In this document: piece after piece, positions 9,779 to 19,108 of the stretch
Position numbering within the stretch: position 1 is the stretch's first letter
Layout of the letters: the number at the start of each line of letters is the position of its first letter
Source: a virus
Reading direction: 5' to 3' (one strand)
Virus record (IMG/VR): IMGVR_UViG_3300037466_003379
Location: 1 to 64,000 of that record
Length of the DNA stretch: 64,000 bases
The notes under the pieces: model-generated
What the model was told of the DNA's origin: nothing
Databases searched by the model: none
Seen by the model: only the letters and a program-made list of their open reading frames with translations
Made by a program: the position numbers and the translations under genes

Positions 9779-10227
9779 CGGCGGGCCCCGTAGCGCCGCT
9801 GGGAGGCGCCGATCTTCCACTTGAAGTCCCCGAGGGTGCGGGTCTCCGGGCTCGTCCTGGGGCCGGGGACCTCCCCGTACGGGTTCGGCTCTCCGTGGGC
9901 CAGGCACAGCGACACTGGGCACCAGGTGTCCGGCTTCGCGGCCTTGTCCAGGAACGCGCGGGCCGGGTGGTAGCCGTCCTCCAGGAAGACGACGGCCAGG
10001 TCGGGCGGGTCCTCGTCGAGGACCTGCAGCGCTGCCGAGACGCGGCGGGTCCTCCCGCCGGCGAGGGTCCACACGCGGGCGGCGTCCGACTCCAGCTTCC
10101 CGCCGGAGTGCAGCAGGGTCGCCACACCCCAGCCGCCCTCGTACAGGCGCTTGATCTCCGCGGTGACGCGGAGCTGGTCACGCCACAGCGCGGAGCCGAC
10201 GACCAGGAGGCGGAGCTCGGCGCTCAC
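9775..10227 (-). CDS. SLOG/YspA-like (DUF2493-like) protein
   Basis: RLLVVGSALWRD...LLHSGG..ESDAARVW...PDLAVVF. Confidence 0.5.
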   Translation of the reverse strand: MSAELRLLVVGSALWRDQLRVTAEIKRLYEGGWGVATLLHSGGKLESDAARVWTLAGGRTRRVSAALQVLDEDPPDLAVVFLEDGYHPARAFLDKAAKPDTWCPVSLCLAHGEPNPYGEVPGPRTSPETRTLGDFKWKIGASQRRYGARR

Positions 10228-10592
10228 GCCGCGGCCCGCCGGTACTCGCGGCCGGGCGCCGGGATCCAGCGGCCCGACGATGCGGCGCCCTCCGCGAGGA
10301 GCTGCTCGACGGCGCCGTGGAGCGCGAGCGCGGCGGCCGCGACCTCGGACGTCGGCGGGAGCTGCTCGACCACCCGGCCGCGGCCGTCCTGCACGGTGAC
10401 CCACCAGAGGTCGTCGTGGAGGTAGCCGACGACCCACCGGTCCTCGAGCTGCCGGTCCCACCAGGCGCGCAGCGAGCCGTGCCGCTGGCCTTCGACCTGC
10501 TGGGTCAGGCCGCGGAGCACCCACACCTGCTTCACGTGGCGGGCCCCAGCGGGCGGGCCCGCCACCGCGGGGATCACCGCGAGCTCAGCCAT
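10224..10592 (-). CDS. Hypothetical protein
   Basis: Coupled, GGAG RBS. Confidence 0.6.
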   Translation of the reverse strand: MAELAVIPAVAGPPAGARHVKQVWVLRGLTQQVEGQRHGSLRAWWDRQLEDRWVVGYLHDDLWWVTVQDGRGRVVEQLPPTSEVAAAALALHGAVEQLLAEGAASSGRWIPAPGREYRRAAA

Positions 10593-11346
10593 CCTCGCCC
10601 CCGAACGCCGCGGCCCGGGCCCCGGAGAGCCGGGCGCGGAGACGCCGGTTCTCCTGCCCGCACTCGCGGAGTGCCTGCCGCATCAGGTCGCGCGGCTGGG
10701 CGACGTCGAGGTCGGACAGCCGGGACAGCTCGTCGAGGAGCGCCGGGATGCCGAGGGCGTCGAGGACCTCGTCGATCAGGTACCGGTAGAACTCCGACGA
10801 CCGGCGAGGCGCGACGTCGCCGTCGCCGTTCAGGGCGGTCGACACGGCGCTCGTGGCGGCCTGCCAGCGCTCGCGCGGGATGCGGTCCTGCGGGAACAGC
10901 ACCGGGTTCGGCCGGGCCGGCGCGTCCGAGGACAGCGGCGAGACGTCGCGGTGTGGGCAGGTGTCCCAGTGGACGCCGTCGATGGTGTACGTCGCGCAGC
11001 CGCGGCAGCTCCCGTCCTCGTCCAGTCCGCCCGGCAGCGTGCGCGAGCACTGGCGGCAGCCCGGCGAGCCGTGCGCTGGGCACCGCGCCTGGGACCGAGA
11101 GGAGGGCGTGGCGGCGGACCCCGGCTTTCCGTTCGGCTCCGGCACACCCGAGGTGGTCAGCCCCCGACCCTCCGTGTCCCCGTGGACTCCACTCCGCTCT
11201 CCGCCCTCCCCCCGGAGCTCGATGTCGGCCAGGCGCAGCACCTGGTCGACGATGACCGCGCCCAGCTGCTGGTCAGGCCCGATGGTCGGCTGCCAGTCGA
11301 TGCTCCGTGCGATGCCCACACGGTCGAGACCTTCGAGGCCGCTCAC
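10585..11346 (-). CDS. Cys/His-rich hypothetical protein
   Basis: GTGA-coupled; CPAH..GCRQC...CRGC...HWDTC. Confidence 0.55.
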   Translation of the reverse strand: MSGLEGLDRVGIARSIDWQPTIGPDQQLGAVIVDQVLRLADIELRGEGGERSGVHGDTEGRGLTTSGVPEPNGKPGSAATPSSRSQARCPAHGSPGCRQCSRTLPGGLDEDGSCRGCATYTIDGVHWDTCPHRDVSPLSSDAPARPNPVLFPQDRIPRERWQAATSAVSTALNGDGDVAPRRSSEFYRYLIDEVLDALGIPALLDELSRLSDLDVAQPRDLMRQALRECGQENRRLRARLSGARAAAFGGEDG

Positions 11347-11837
11347 CGGGTCTTCCTCGAGGGAGCGACGAGCGCGGGCAGCTCGACCTTCGCGGGCTCC
11401 CACCCAGGGGCGTCGACGATGTCGTCCCGGTCGGTGTGCGAGCGGGTGCAGGGCCCGGCGCCGCGCGGGTTCGACCCGAAGATGTGCCAGCCGCGCCGGT
11501 CCGGGACACGGAGGGCGAGGCGCCAGTACCCGCCGTCGGTGCCCCACAGCGGCCGCCGGTAGGTGCGCAGCTCGACCTCCCCGATGGGGGCCATGTCGAT
11601 GCCGCCGCGGAGCGGCTGGGTCGGGAGCCCGGCCGTGACGCTGGGGCGGCGGAGGAGGCGCTCGACGATCTTCGCCTGCCAGGTCTTCTGTCCGAGGCCG
11701 ATCTCGATCGCGACGATCCGCAGCGCCCCGGCCAGCTGCGATTGGCCGGCGGACTCCAGGATCGCGGCGACGTCGTCGAGCTGGTCCGCGGCGAGGGCGG
11801 CGCGGGCGCGGGCACCGGCCGCGGCGGACGCGGTCAC
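11343..11837 (-). CDS. Hypothetical protein
   Basis: Coupled ORF. Confidence 0.6.
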   Translation of the reverse strand: MTASAAAGARARAALAADQLDDVAAILESAGQSQLAGALRIVAIEIGLGQKTWQAKIVERLLRRPSVTAGLPTQPLRGGIDMAPIGEVELRTYRRPLWGTDGGYWRLALRVPDRRGWHIFGSNPRGAGPCTRSHTDRDDIVDAPGWEPAKVELPALVAPSRKTR

Positions 11838-12097
11838 GCCGCGGCCCCGCGGAGAGCAGCGACAGCGGCGGTGATGGCGGTGAGGAAGTCAGCGATGCGG
11901 CCGTGCTCGAACGCGTGGAGCACATCGAGCTGCTCGACCTGCGGGACGTCGGCCCAGCAGGGGGCGCAGAAGAACGACCGCACCGGGGTCTGCGACTTGC
12001 AGCCCGGGCACGCCCACATCGCGACCGGCACCGCCGGGGGTAGGGGCGGGACCTTCGAGGGCTTCTTCTTCGGGCGGTACGGGGCAGCGGCGGGCAC
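11834..12097 (-). CDS. Small Zn-finger protein
   Basis: CPGC...CAPC; GAGGAGCAC RBS. Confidence 0.65.
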   Translation of the reverse strand: MPAAAPYRPKKKPSKVPPLPPAVPVAMWACPGCKSQTPVRSFFCAPCWADVPQVEQLDVLHAFEHGRIADFLTAITAAVAALRGAAA

Positions 12098-12163
12098 GGG
12101 CGTGCTCCTCGGGTGCAGGCGCCGGGGGTGGTCGGCGCGGATCGGGTAGAGCGGGTGGAGCGG

Positions 12164-12946
12164 TCAGGCAGCGCGAGCGGCCGCCCGGATGGCGGCGATC
12201 GTGCGGCGCGGGATGCCGAGCATCGCGGCGAGCTCGGCATTGGTGAGGTCGAAGGCGTCCCCGGACTGGATGTAGGCGATGACCTCAGGCGGGTACTTGC
12301 TCCGCCGGCCACCCGACGACAGGCGGGCCCGTTTGATGTCGTCGCGGGTGCAGCGCAGCCGGGTGGCGATCTGGTCGTCGTCCAGGCCCTGCTCCTGCAG
12401 CTCGCGGACGTCGTCGATGTGCGGGCCGCTCTGCTCGTCGCGCTCGTAGACCTCGGGCTGGGCGAGCGGGGAGTCGATGGTGTCCTCGTCCCACGCCCAG
12501 GGGTCAGGCCAGCCGGCCTTCTCCGCCCACGTCTTCGACCGCAGCGACGGGCCGGGCTTCTCGGACAGCTCGGCGTACATCGCGGCCACGGCGCGTTGCC
12601 GCTCCGCCGGGACCACGGTCATCGCGGTCAGCCTCTTGAGCTGCTCCTGGCGAGCGTAGCCGAGGCGCTCGGCCTGCCACGACAGCGACCAGCCGGCCCG
12701 GGCGAGCGCCTTCACGCGGCGGCTGGTGCCGACGCCGAGGACGTTGGTCTGCGCCGGGTGAGGCCGGTAGTCGACGGCGAGGATCGCAGCCTCGTACTCG
12801 CGGGAGACGAGGCTGCTCACGCCGTTGAGGTGGCGCTGCAGGCCGAAGCGGGCGATCCCGGCGGCCTCCGCAATCGAGGAGAGCGGTAGACCGAACACGT
12901 TGACGAGAAGGTCCAGGTGAGTGCGGACCCGATCGGACGGGACCAT
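12164..12946 (-). CDS. Multi-HTH DNA-binding phage protein (start uncertain)
   Basis: VRTHL..L...GL....IAEAAGI; RRVKALARAGWS; AEKAGW.DP.AWDE; C-terminal HTHs. Confidence 0.7.
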   Translation of the reverse strand: MVPSDRVRTHLDLLVNVFGLPLSSIAEAAGIARFGLQRHLNGVSSLVSREYEAAILAVDYRPHPAQTNVLGVGTSRRVKALARAGWSLSWQAERLGYARQEQLKRLTAMTVVPAERQRAVAAMYAELSEKPGPSLRSKTWAEKAGWPDPWAWDEDTIDSPLAQPEVYERDEQSGPHIDDVRELQEQGLDDDQIATRLRCTRDDIKRARLSSGGRRSKYPPEVIAYIQSGDAFDLTNAELAAMLGIPRRTIAAIRAAARAA

Positions 12947-13038
12947 CGGGGACGGCTCGCCGCGGGACTTCCGCAGCGCGTACCGGGTGTGCGAGTCGTT
13001 CGGGAGCGGGCCGCGGAGCTTCCAGCCCTGCCAGCCGG

Positions 13039-13287
13039 CTACGTCAGCTCGAGGTCCGGCAGCAGCCTCCGGTGCACGGCGAGCACGGCAGCGTGTGTCC
13101 GGTCCTTCGCTCCCAGGGCGACGAGGATGCGCTCGATGTGCGTCTTCACCGCGTCCGCGGAGACTCCCAGCTTGGCGCCGATCTCCTTGTTTGTGTGCCC
13201 GATCGCGGCGAGCGTCAGGACCTGCTGCTGCCGCAACGTGAGCGGGCGTCCCGGGGTGCCGGGCCTGGTGGAGGTCACCGCGGTCAC
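13039..13287 (-). CDS. Stand-alone LuxR-type HTH regulator
   Basis: LTLRQQQVLTLAAIGHTNKEIGAKLGVSADAVKTHIERILVALGAKDRTHAA. Confidence 0.88.
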   Translation of the reverse strand: MTAVTSTRPGTPGRPLTLRQQQVLTLAAIGHTNKEIGAKLGVSADAVKTHIERILVALGAKDRTHAAVLAVHRRLLPDLELT

Positions 13288-13652
13288 GCACCGAGCCCAC
13301 CGGCGGTGCGAGGCCGGTAGGTGGTGTGGGCGCCGGAGGTCTCGACGGCGCGGTGGCGACCGGACGGTGACTCCGGGCGGGCGTGGCGGCCCGGGTTCGG
13401 GGACGGGGCTCCGACGGGCTGGAGGCGGCGGCCCTGGCGTTCGTCGTGGCGCGGCAGGCGTGCCTGCTGTGCGGGGATCACGGTCGTCTGCTCGATCAGC
13501 GGCATCGGCTGCAGGCGCGGCAGCGGCTGCGGGCGGGCCGGCATCAGCGGGGCTGGCTCCCACCGGTTCCCGGACGGGGTCGGCGGGGCGAGGTCGACGA
13601 CGTCGGGCCGCGGCCGGAGCCGCGCGGTGAGGCGTCGCAGGACTCGTGTCAT
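13284..13652 (-). CDS. Pro/Arg-rich hypothetical protein
   Basis: GGAGCACCCGATG start. Confidence 0.55.
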   Translation of the reverse strand: MTRVLRRLTARLRPRPDVVDLAPPTPSGNRWEPAPLMPARPQPLPRLQPMPLIEQTTVIPAQQARLPRHDERQGRRLQPVGAPSPNPGRHARPESPSGRHRAVETSGAHTTYRPRTAGGLGA

Positions 13653-13707
13653 CGGGTGCTCCTGATCGGGGTTGGTCCGCCGGGGGTGGTCGGCGGGGTG
13701 GTCGGGG

Positions 13708-14145
13708 TCAGGTGGGTGGTTGCTTCCGGGCGTTGGAGGCGGCGAGCCCGACGGGCTTGCAGCCGGGGGCGGTCTGGCGGCGTTCCCGGCGGCCGGTGAG
13801 GAGCCGCTTGTGGTCGTCGACGTCCAGGCAGTTGCAGCCGAAGTTGGTGTAGCCGGGCTCGGTGCCGTGCTTGCAGCGGGGGTCCAGCGACACCCTCTCG
13901 CCGGTCATCGGGTCGAGGACGCGCTTCTCGCGCTTCTCGGCTCGCTGGCGGGACCGTGCGGCGTTGCGGCGGAGGCGGCGGCGGGCGCGGGCGTCGGGTT
14001 CGTCGTCGCCGGGGCCGGTCACCACCTGCTGCGCGGTCGGCCTGGCCGGTGCGCAGCGCTGGAGTCGGCGGCGTTTCCGCAGTTGCGAGCGGGCGGCGGA
14101 GAGCACGGGGTCGTCATCTGGGCTCCCGGATCGGGTGGCGATCAC
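13708..14145 (-). CDS. Actinophage HGT..GY.N.GC.C motif protein
   Basis: KHGTEPGYTNFGCNC; start estimated. Confidence 0.55.
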   Translation of the reverse strand: MIATRSGSPDDDPVLSAARSQLRKRRRLQRCAPARPTAQQVVTGPGDDEPDARARRRLRRNAARSRQRAEKREKRVLDPMTGERVSLDPRCKHGTEPGYTNFGCNCLDVDDHKRLLTGRRERRQTAPGCKPVGLAASNARKQPPT

Positions 14146-14216
14146 GGGGGCCTCGGGGGTGGTCGCGGCTCCCGTGAGCGGGACCCCACCAGGATACACC
14201 ACCCCAAAGGGATGCC

Positions 14217-14558
14217 TCAGGCAGAGGGTCCGGGGGCTTCGCCCCGCTCCTCGTGCAACAGGCCAGACACTGATCCCGAACGGCCCCTGCGACACCAGCT
14301 CAGGGGGCCCGCTCCGCACCGGCGGCAGCCAGACGAGAGCCGCCAGGAGGACCGCGACCGCGGCCGCCCGGAAGCCTCGCGTTCGCGCTCGATGACCCGC
14401 GACGTCGCCGGCGGGCCCGACGGCTCGTCCCGCTCCCGCAGGAAAGCCGCGCGCTTCGCGGCCCGCTCCTGGGCGCGCCGAAGCTCCGCCGCCTCCCGCT
14501 CCTCCTCGGAGGGAAGCCACGGAAGCCCCAGGTCCGTGGGGTCTCGCTCCGTGTCCAT
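14217..14558 (-). CDS. Hypothetical protein
   Basis: GAGG RBS directly downstream of rep. Confidence 0.45.
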   Translation of the reverse strand: MDTERDPTDLGLPWLPSEEEREAAELRRAQERAAKRAAFLRERDEPSGPPATSRVIEREREASGRPRSRSSWRLSSGCRRCGAGPLSWCRRGRSGSVSGLLHEERGEAPGPSA

Positions 14559-14574
14559 ACCTCACGAGATACAC

Positions 14575-15714
14575 CTAACGGGCGACAGTCTGTGCTACGT
14601 CGCTGGGCGCGCCGCTGTTTTTCAGTGTTTGCCAGCCGGTGCGGAGCGCAGCCCGGTGATCCGGAGTCGACCTGGGCCCGTGCTCCGGCATCGCCAGGTT
14701 GAGATCCTCGGCTTCATCCTCGGCGGCACGGAGCTCGGCGGCGATGAGGACCGGGTCCCGGTCGTGCTCGCATCGGATCTGCGGCTGCAGGCGCATGCCT
14801 GGCCGCTCGAGCACGTAGCCCTCGCGGTCGCACCACCCGCGGGCGCGGCAGGACCGGGCGATCTCCTCCTCGGCACGGCGCGCGGCGGCCTCGGCCTCGG
14901 CGCGGCGCCGGTTGCGGTCGTCGAGCTGGCGCTGCGCTGCGCGGCGGACGCCGCCGCACGGGCCGCACGGAGGCCGGTACTCGCCGAGCGGGATCGGGTT
15001 CTTCGCGTGCTTCCGGCACAGCCATGTGTCGGGGTCGTCGAGGTCGAAGGTGACCACCGGAGGCGGGGGCGAAGCCGGATCAGGAGGAGGAGGCGGAGCG
15101 AACTCAGGCGCCTGGGGGGCGGACGACTGCCTGCTCTCCGGGCCCCCTCCTCCCTCTGATGGTTCACCTGACGGTTCAAGGGGTCCCAGAGCGGGACCAT
15201 GAATAACGTCCCGCTCTGGGACGGGGGTAGTCCCGCTGTGGGACCTTGCAGGCACATGGTCCCGCTCCGGGACCATGTGCTCGACCTGCGGATCTTCGGC
15301 CCCATCCTCAGCAAGGTCCCGCTCTGGGACCATGTCCTCGACCTGCGGATCCGCGTCGTCCTCGGCCGGCTCGTCGTCGTCGAACAGAGCCTCCAGCTCG
15401 TCCTCTTCGGCCTGCGAGACCTCCCGCTTCCGGGCGGCCAGCGCCTCGAGGTTGAGTCGGTAGGCGTTCGACCGCCGAGACCCGTTCTTCCGGCGACGCT
15501 CGCGCCGCTCCAAGAGCCCGTCCTCTTCCTCCAGCTCCTTCAACAGGCGGAAGACAGTCGAGCGCGGGATCTGCGTCTTCCCCATCAGGTGCTCGACGCC
15601 TGGCTTGCACAGGCCCTTCGCGTTCGCGTTGTCGGCGATGCCGAGCAGCAGCATCCGCTTGTTGACGGGCCGGACGTCGGACTCCAGCACGAGGGACATC
15701 GCCTTGACGCTCAC
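14575..15714 (-). CDS. Replication initiator (N-terminal winged HTH, lambda O-like organisation)
   Basis: MSVKAMSLVL..KRMLLLGIADNAN..G.C.PG...L...RSTVFRLLKELEE.DGLLER..R....GSRRSNAYRL; Cys-rich C-terminus; internal repeats. Confidence 0.8.
   Translation of the reverse strand: MSVKAMSLVLESDVRPVNKRMLLLGIADNANAKGLCKPGVEHLMGKTQIPRSTVFRLLKELEEEDGLLERRERRRKNGSRRSNAYRLNLEALAARKREVSQAEEDELEALFDDDEPAEDDADPQVEDMVPERDLAEDGAEDPQVEHMVPERDHVPARSHSGTTPVPERDVIHGPALGPLEPSGEPSEGGGGPESRQSSAPQAPEFAPPPPPDPASPPPPVVTFDLDDPDTWLCRKHAKNPIPLGEYRPPCGPCGGVRRAAQRQLDDRNRRRAEAEAAARRAEEEIARSCRARGWCDREGYVLERPGMRLQPQIRCEHDRDPVLIAAELRAAEDEAEDLNLAMPEHGPRSTPDHRAALRTGWQTLKNSGAPSDVAQTVAR
15182..15331. repeat. Five GTCCC-N5-GGGAC palindromes inside rep (candidate origin iterons)
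   Basis: Copies at ~15183, 15208, 15230, 15259, 15316. Confidence 0.8.
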
Positions 15715-16584
15715 CAGGCGCCTCCGGTCGGACGGCGGCGCGGGAAGGCGACCCGCTCAGGATCAGGGGTGGCTTGCGCAGGCGCGGCGTCGCCGTCCTG
15801 CGCACGTGACTCGGTCACGTGCGGACTCCTCGGGTGCTCGGCCGTAACGCTGGAGGGGGTGGTCTCCGCCGTTACGGGTGTGGACTTCTCATGCGTTGGG
15901 GTGTCTCGGCATTGTGGCCTATGGATCTCCGTTCCGCCGCGCAGGGACGCTGCGTTGCGCAGCGTGATGCATGCGCAGTGCGACGACCTGGGGTTTCGGT
16001 CCGGAACGGTTGACCGTACAAGTTTCAATGACTCTGCGTTATCGCGGGGGTCGGGGCGACAGGCGCGATCCGGCGTGTCATGATGGCGCTTGCCACCCCA
16101 GGAGAGAACCTCACAGCAGAGACCAGCCTCATCCCTCAAACCCAGGGGGCTGAGGAGGACTTCTCGTCCGAACCGGAACCAGGCATCAGGGGTGGTGCCC
16201 CGGACGGCGAGGAGCGGAGCTGCGACGGCGCACCCGCGGTCCTCGGACCGCGCTGGAGCTGCCCAGCTCTGGAAGCGCGTCGGTCGGGTGATGGACACAT
16301 ATCGGGTGCTCTCACCCGGCCGACGCGCCCCAATTCCGAGCAGGGATTTTTGCCTGTCTTTTAAGCAATAGGCGTGCCCCTGCGCGATCTCCGGGAGCAG
16401 GTCCTCAGGCTTGTGGCCTGCGGGGTGTAGGCCCTGCCCTTCCGTCGATGCCTGCATTTTCTACCACCCGTCTGCGTTTAGAGCGCAACCCTGGGGGGCA
16501 CACGGTCGTTAACGGACCGTTCACCGCAGGAATTGCGAAGAAATGGTGCGAAAAGGGGGGTTGCTCCCCCGTGGGCGAAATGTG

Positions 16585-16890
16585 CTAATCGAAGGCGATC
16601 GTAAGCAACGACAACGGTTGCGGGAGGTAACGATTCCTGCCGCCGCGCGTTTCCTCGACCCTGAGAAGTCCTTCGGCCAAAAGGGCCACCGTTGCCCGCT
16701 GAATGGTCCGATCAGATAAGCCGAGAGTGTCCGCCAGCTCCGCGACAGTGACGGCCGTCTCCCCGCCGCTCTCCTCCGAGCGCTTCACCAGCTCGCGCCA
16801 CAGCGGTGCGGCCGCGGTGCGGCCGAGTCTTCCGGGGAGCGGCGTGTCGGGTTGAGGGCGTGCTTCACCCGCAGCTATGGTCATCGCCAA
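16585..16890 (-). CDS. Winged-HTH DNA-binding protein
   Basis: VTVAELADTLGLSDRTIQRATVALLAEGLLRVEETRGGRNRY. Confidence 0.75.
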   Translation of the reverse strand: MAMTIAAGEARPQPDTPLPGRLGRTAAAPLWRELVKRSEESGGETAVTVAELADTLGLSDRTIQRATVALLAEGLLRVEETRGGRNRYLPQPLSLLTIAFD

Positions 16891-17148
16891 CGCCTTTCTG
16901 CGTCGTACGTCTTCCTCGCGAATCCGCCAAGATCAACCGAGGGAGACGTCTGTCCCTAGCCAGCGGGACAGTGGGGCCTACGTCGTGGCGCGGAACCTAC
17001 CGGTAAACCGGCTTGAGTCGGTGGAGGCGCGCGCTCGTGGGCGTGTCACCCCCGACGCCTCGCGCGCCCGACGCGCCGCCTCTACCCCGAACACCATCCC
17101 TGTGGGATACGTTGAGGGTCCCCATCATCCAGAGTCAGGACGTCAGTC

Positions 17149-17550
17149 ATGCCCAGGAAGAACCGCACCCAGCTGCGGCTCCCCGCCCCGCTGATGGATG
17201 CGTGCGGCGCACTGGCCGACGCGACAGAGACCGAGCTCGTGCTCACCGACTTCATCCACCACGCTGTCATCACCGCCACGAAGGCGGCCGAGCGCGGCGA
17301 TCACCACCTCCTGCCCCGGCGGCAGCCGCGCAATCAGCCGGCGCCCGAGGGCGGCAAGCGGATCTCCCAGTTCGTGGCGTCGAAGCGCGAGGCCGCGAGG
17401 TGCGCGGCTGCGCTGGAGGCTGCGGGCTCGTCGGTCCACGTCTGCGTGATCCGTGCCCTCGAAGCGCTCCGGGACGCCAAGGGTGTCTGGCTGGACACGG
17501 TCGTGCCGGGTGAAGCTGGCTGGTCAGAGCCTGCTGGACTTTCCGTCTAG
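17149..17550 (+). CDS. Putative tandem ribbon-helix-helix regulator
   Basis: RTQLRLPAPLMD...LTDFIHHAV and a second similar unit. Confidence 0.55.
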   Translation: MPRKNRTQLRLPAPLMDACGALADATETELVLTDFIHHAVITATKAAERGDHHLLPRRQPRNQPAPEGGKRISQFVASKREAARCAAALEAAGSSVHVCVIRALEALRDAKGVWLDTVVPGEAGWSEPAGLSV

Positions 17551-17557
17551 CTTTCGA

Positions 17558-17587
17558 TTGACCACCCCATAGGGGTGGGAGTAGGCT
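17558..17587 (+). promoter_or_regulatory. Candidate promoter TTGACC-N18-TAGGCT with ACCCCATAGGGGT palindrome in spacer
   Basis: Sequence upstream of AAA ATPase operon. Confidence 0.55.
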
Positions 17588-17731
17588 CTCCGTCGTGACG
17601 GGAACTGACGTCCCCGCCATGTAGAACCCTCCCGACGGGGACACCAGCTCCACCCCCCTGGCTGCGCACCTCGTCGGACCGTCCACCGCTCGACCACCCC
17701 CGAGCGGCCGCACCCGAGAGGCGACCCCCGC

Positions 17732-19108
17732 ATGCCCGCATTCGCTCCCCCCGTCCGCCGCGTGGCCCCGAAGAACCACGAGCCGTCTGGCAAGCCGCCG
17801 TGGACGCGCCTGCTGCTCTCCGGCGTCCAGGGCTCCCGCAAGTCCGGCACCGCAGCCTGGTTCACCACCGACACCCGCCTCGGTGGCACGTTCTGGCTGG
17901 AGATCGGCGTCGAAGAGCGCACCGCCGAGGAGTACGGCATCATCCCCGGCGCCAACTACAAGATCATCGACCACGACGGCACGTTCGTCGACATCATCGA
18001 GCAGCTCGAAGCCCACTGGTGGCTCGCGAAGGACGCCGAGGACGCCGGCCTGCCGCCGATCGCGCTGACCGTCGACTCCATGGGCGGCCTGAACGAGATG
18101 ATCATGGACATGGGCGACGCCCGTGCCCGAGCCAAGCGCGTCAAGGCCGTGGTCGAGAAGTACGGCGAGGACGCCCGCGAGCGCGCCACCGCCACCTACT
18201 GGTCAGCCGACTACGACGCCACCATCAGCTACGAGCTGCGCGCGCTGATCAAGAAGCGGCACAACCAGTTCATGCGGCTCGTCCACTCCTGGCCCGGCCC
18301 GGTCACCCTGCTCACCCGCGAGCGCATGGCCGCCATCTGGGAGAACGGCGCCCCGACCGACAAGAAGGACTGGTCGGTCGACTGCCGGAAGGAACTGCCC
18401 GGCCACGTCGACGCGCACGTGCGCCTGCACCTGGGCGGCAAGGCCGAGGTCCTCAAGCTGCGCTCCGGGAAGGAGATGATCGCCGAGAACCCGCGGGTCT
18501 GCCCGTGGCCCGCGAACGACTTCTCCATCGCGAAGCTGATCTTCGACTGGGTCGGCTGCGACCCGGCTGAGTCCCGCGCCCCGCTCGTGCGCGACTACGA
18601 CGCCGACCAGGACATGCCCGACGAGATCACCCCGGACAACGCCGCCCAGCGCGCCGCGGAGCAGCAGGCCGAGCGCGACGCCCAGCAGCGCGAGCGCGTC
18701 GCGCAGCAGGCCCGCGAGCTGATCCGCTGGCTCCTCACCGTCGAGAACGTCGACCAGGCCGCGGTCAAGCACGGCAAGGCCGAGAAGCACAAGGCCGCCC
18801 AGTCCAACACGCTGCCGTTCCTCGACGAGGACGTGAGGGAGCGGCTCGGCATCGCCCCCGACGTCGAGCGGTTCACGCTCGTCGAGCTGGGCGCGCGGCA
18901 CGTCGAGTACGTCGGGAAGCACAAGCGGTCCGCCCTGCACCCCCTCGACGACGCCCCCGCTGAGGAGCCGCCGCCGGCCCGGAAGGCGCTCGAGGAGCAC
19001 GCGGACGAGATGCTCACCGCCCACAACGGCGACCAGGCCACCCGGCGCGAGCTGGAGGACATGGCGCGCGACTTCAACCCGCACCGCATGGCGCAGGAGG
19101 AGGGGTGA
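17732..19108 (+). CDS. AAA_24/Sak4-like phage ATPase
   Basis: LLLSGVQGSRKS Walker A variant; LTVDSM Walker B. Confidence 0.7.
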   Translation: MPAFAPPVRRVAPKNHEPSGKPPWTRLLLSGVQGSRKSGTAAWFTTDTRLGGTFWLEIGVEERTAEEYGIIPGANYKIIDHDGTFVDIIEQLEAHWWLAKDAEDAGLPPIALTVDSMGGLNEMIMDMGDARARAKRVKAVVEKYGEDARERATATYWSADYDATISYELRALIKKRHNQFMRLVHSWPGPVTLLTRERMAAIWENGAPTDKKDWSVDCRKELPGHVDAHVRLHLGGKAEVLKLRSGKEMIAENPRVCPWPANDFSIAKLIFDWVGCDPAESRAPLVRDYDADQDMPDEITPDNAAQRAAEQQAERDAQQRERVAQQARELIRWLLTVENVDQAAVKHGKAEKHKAAQSNTLPFLDEDVRERLGIAPDVERFTLVELGARHVEYVGKHKRSALHPLDDAPAEEPPPARKALEEHADEMLTAHNGDQATRRELEDMARDFNPHRMAQEEG

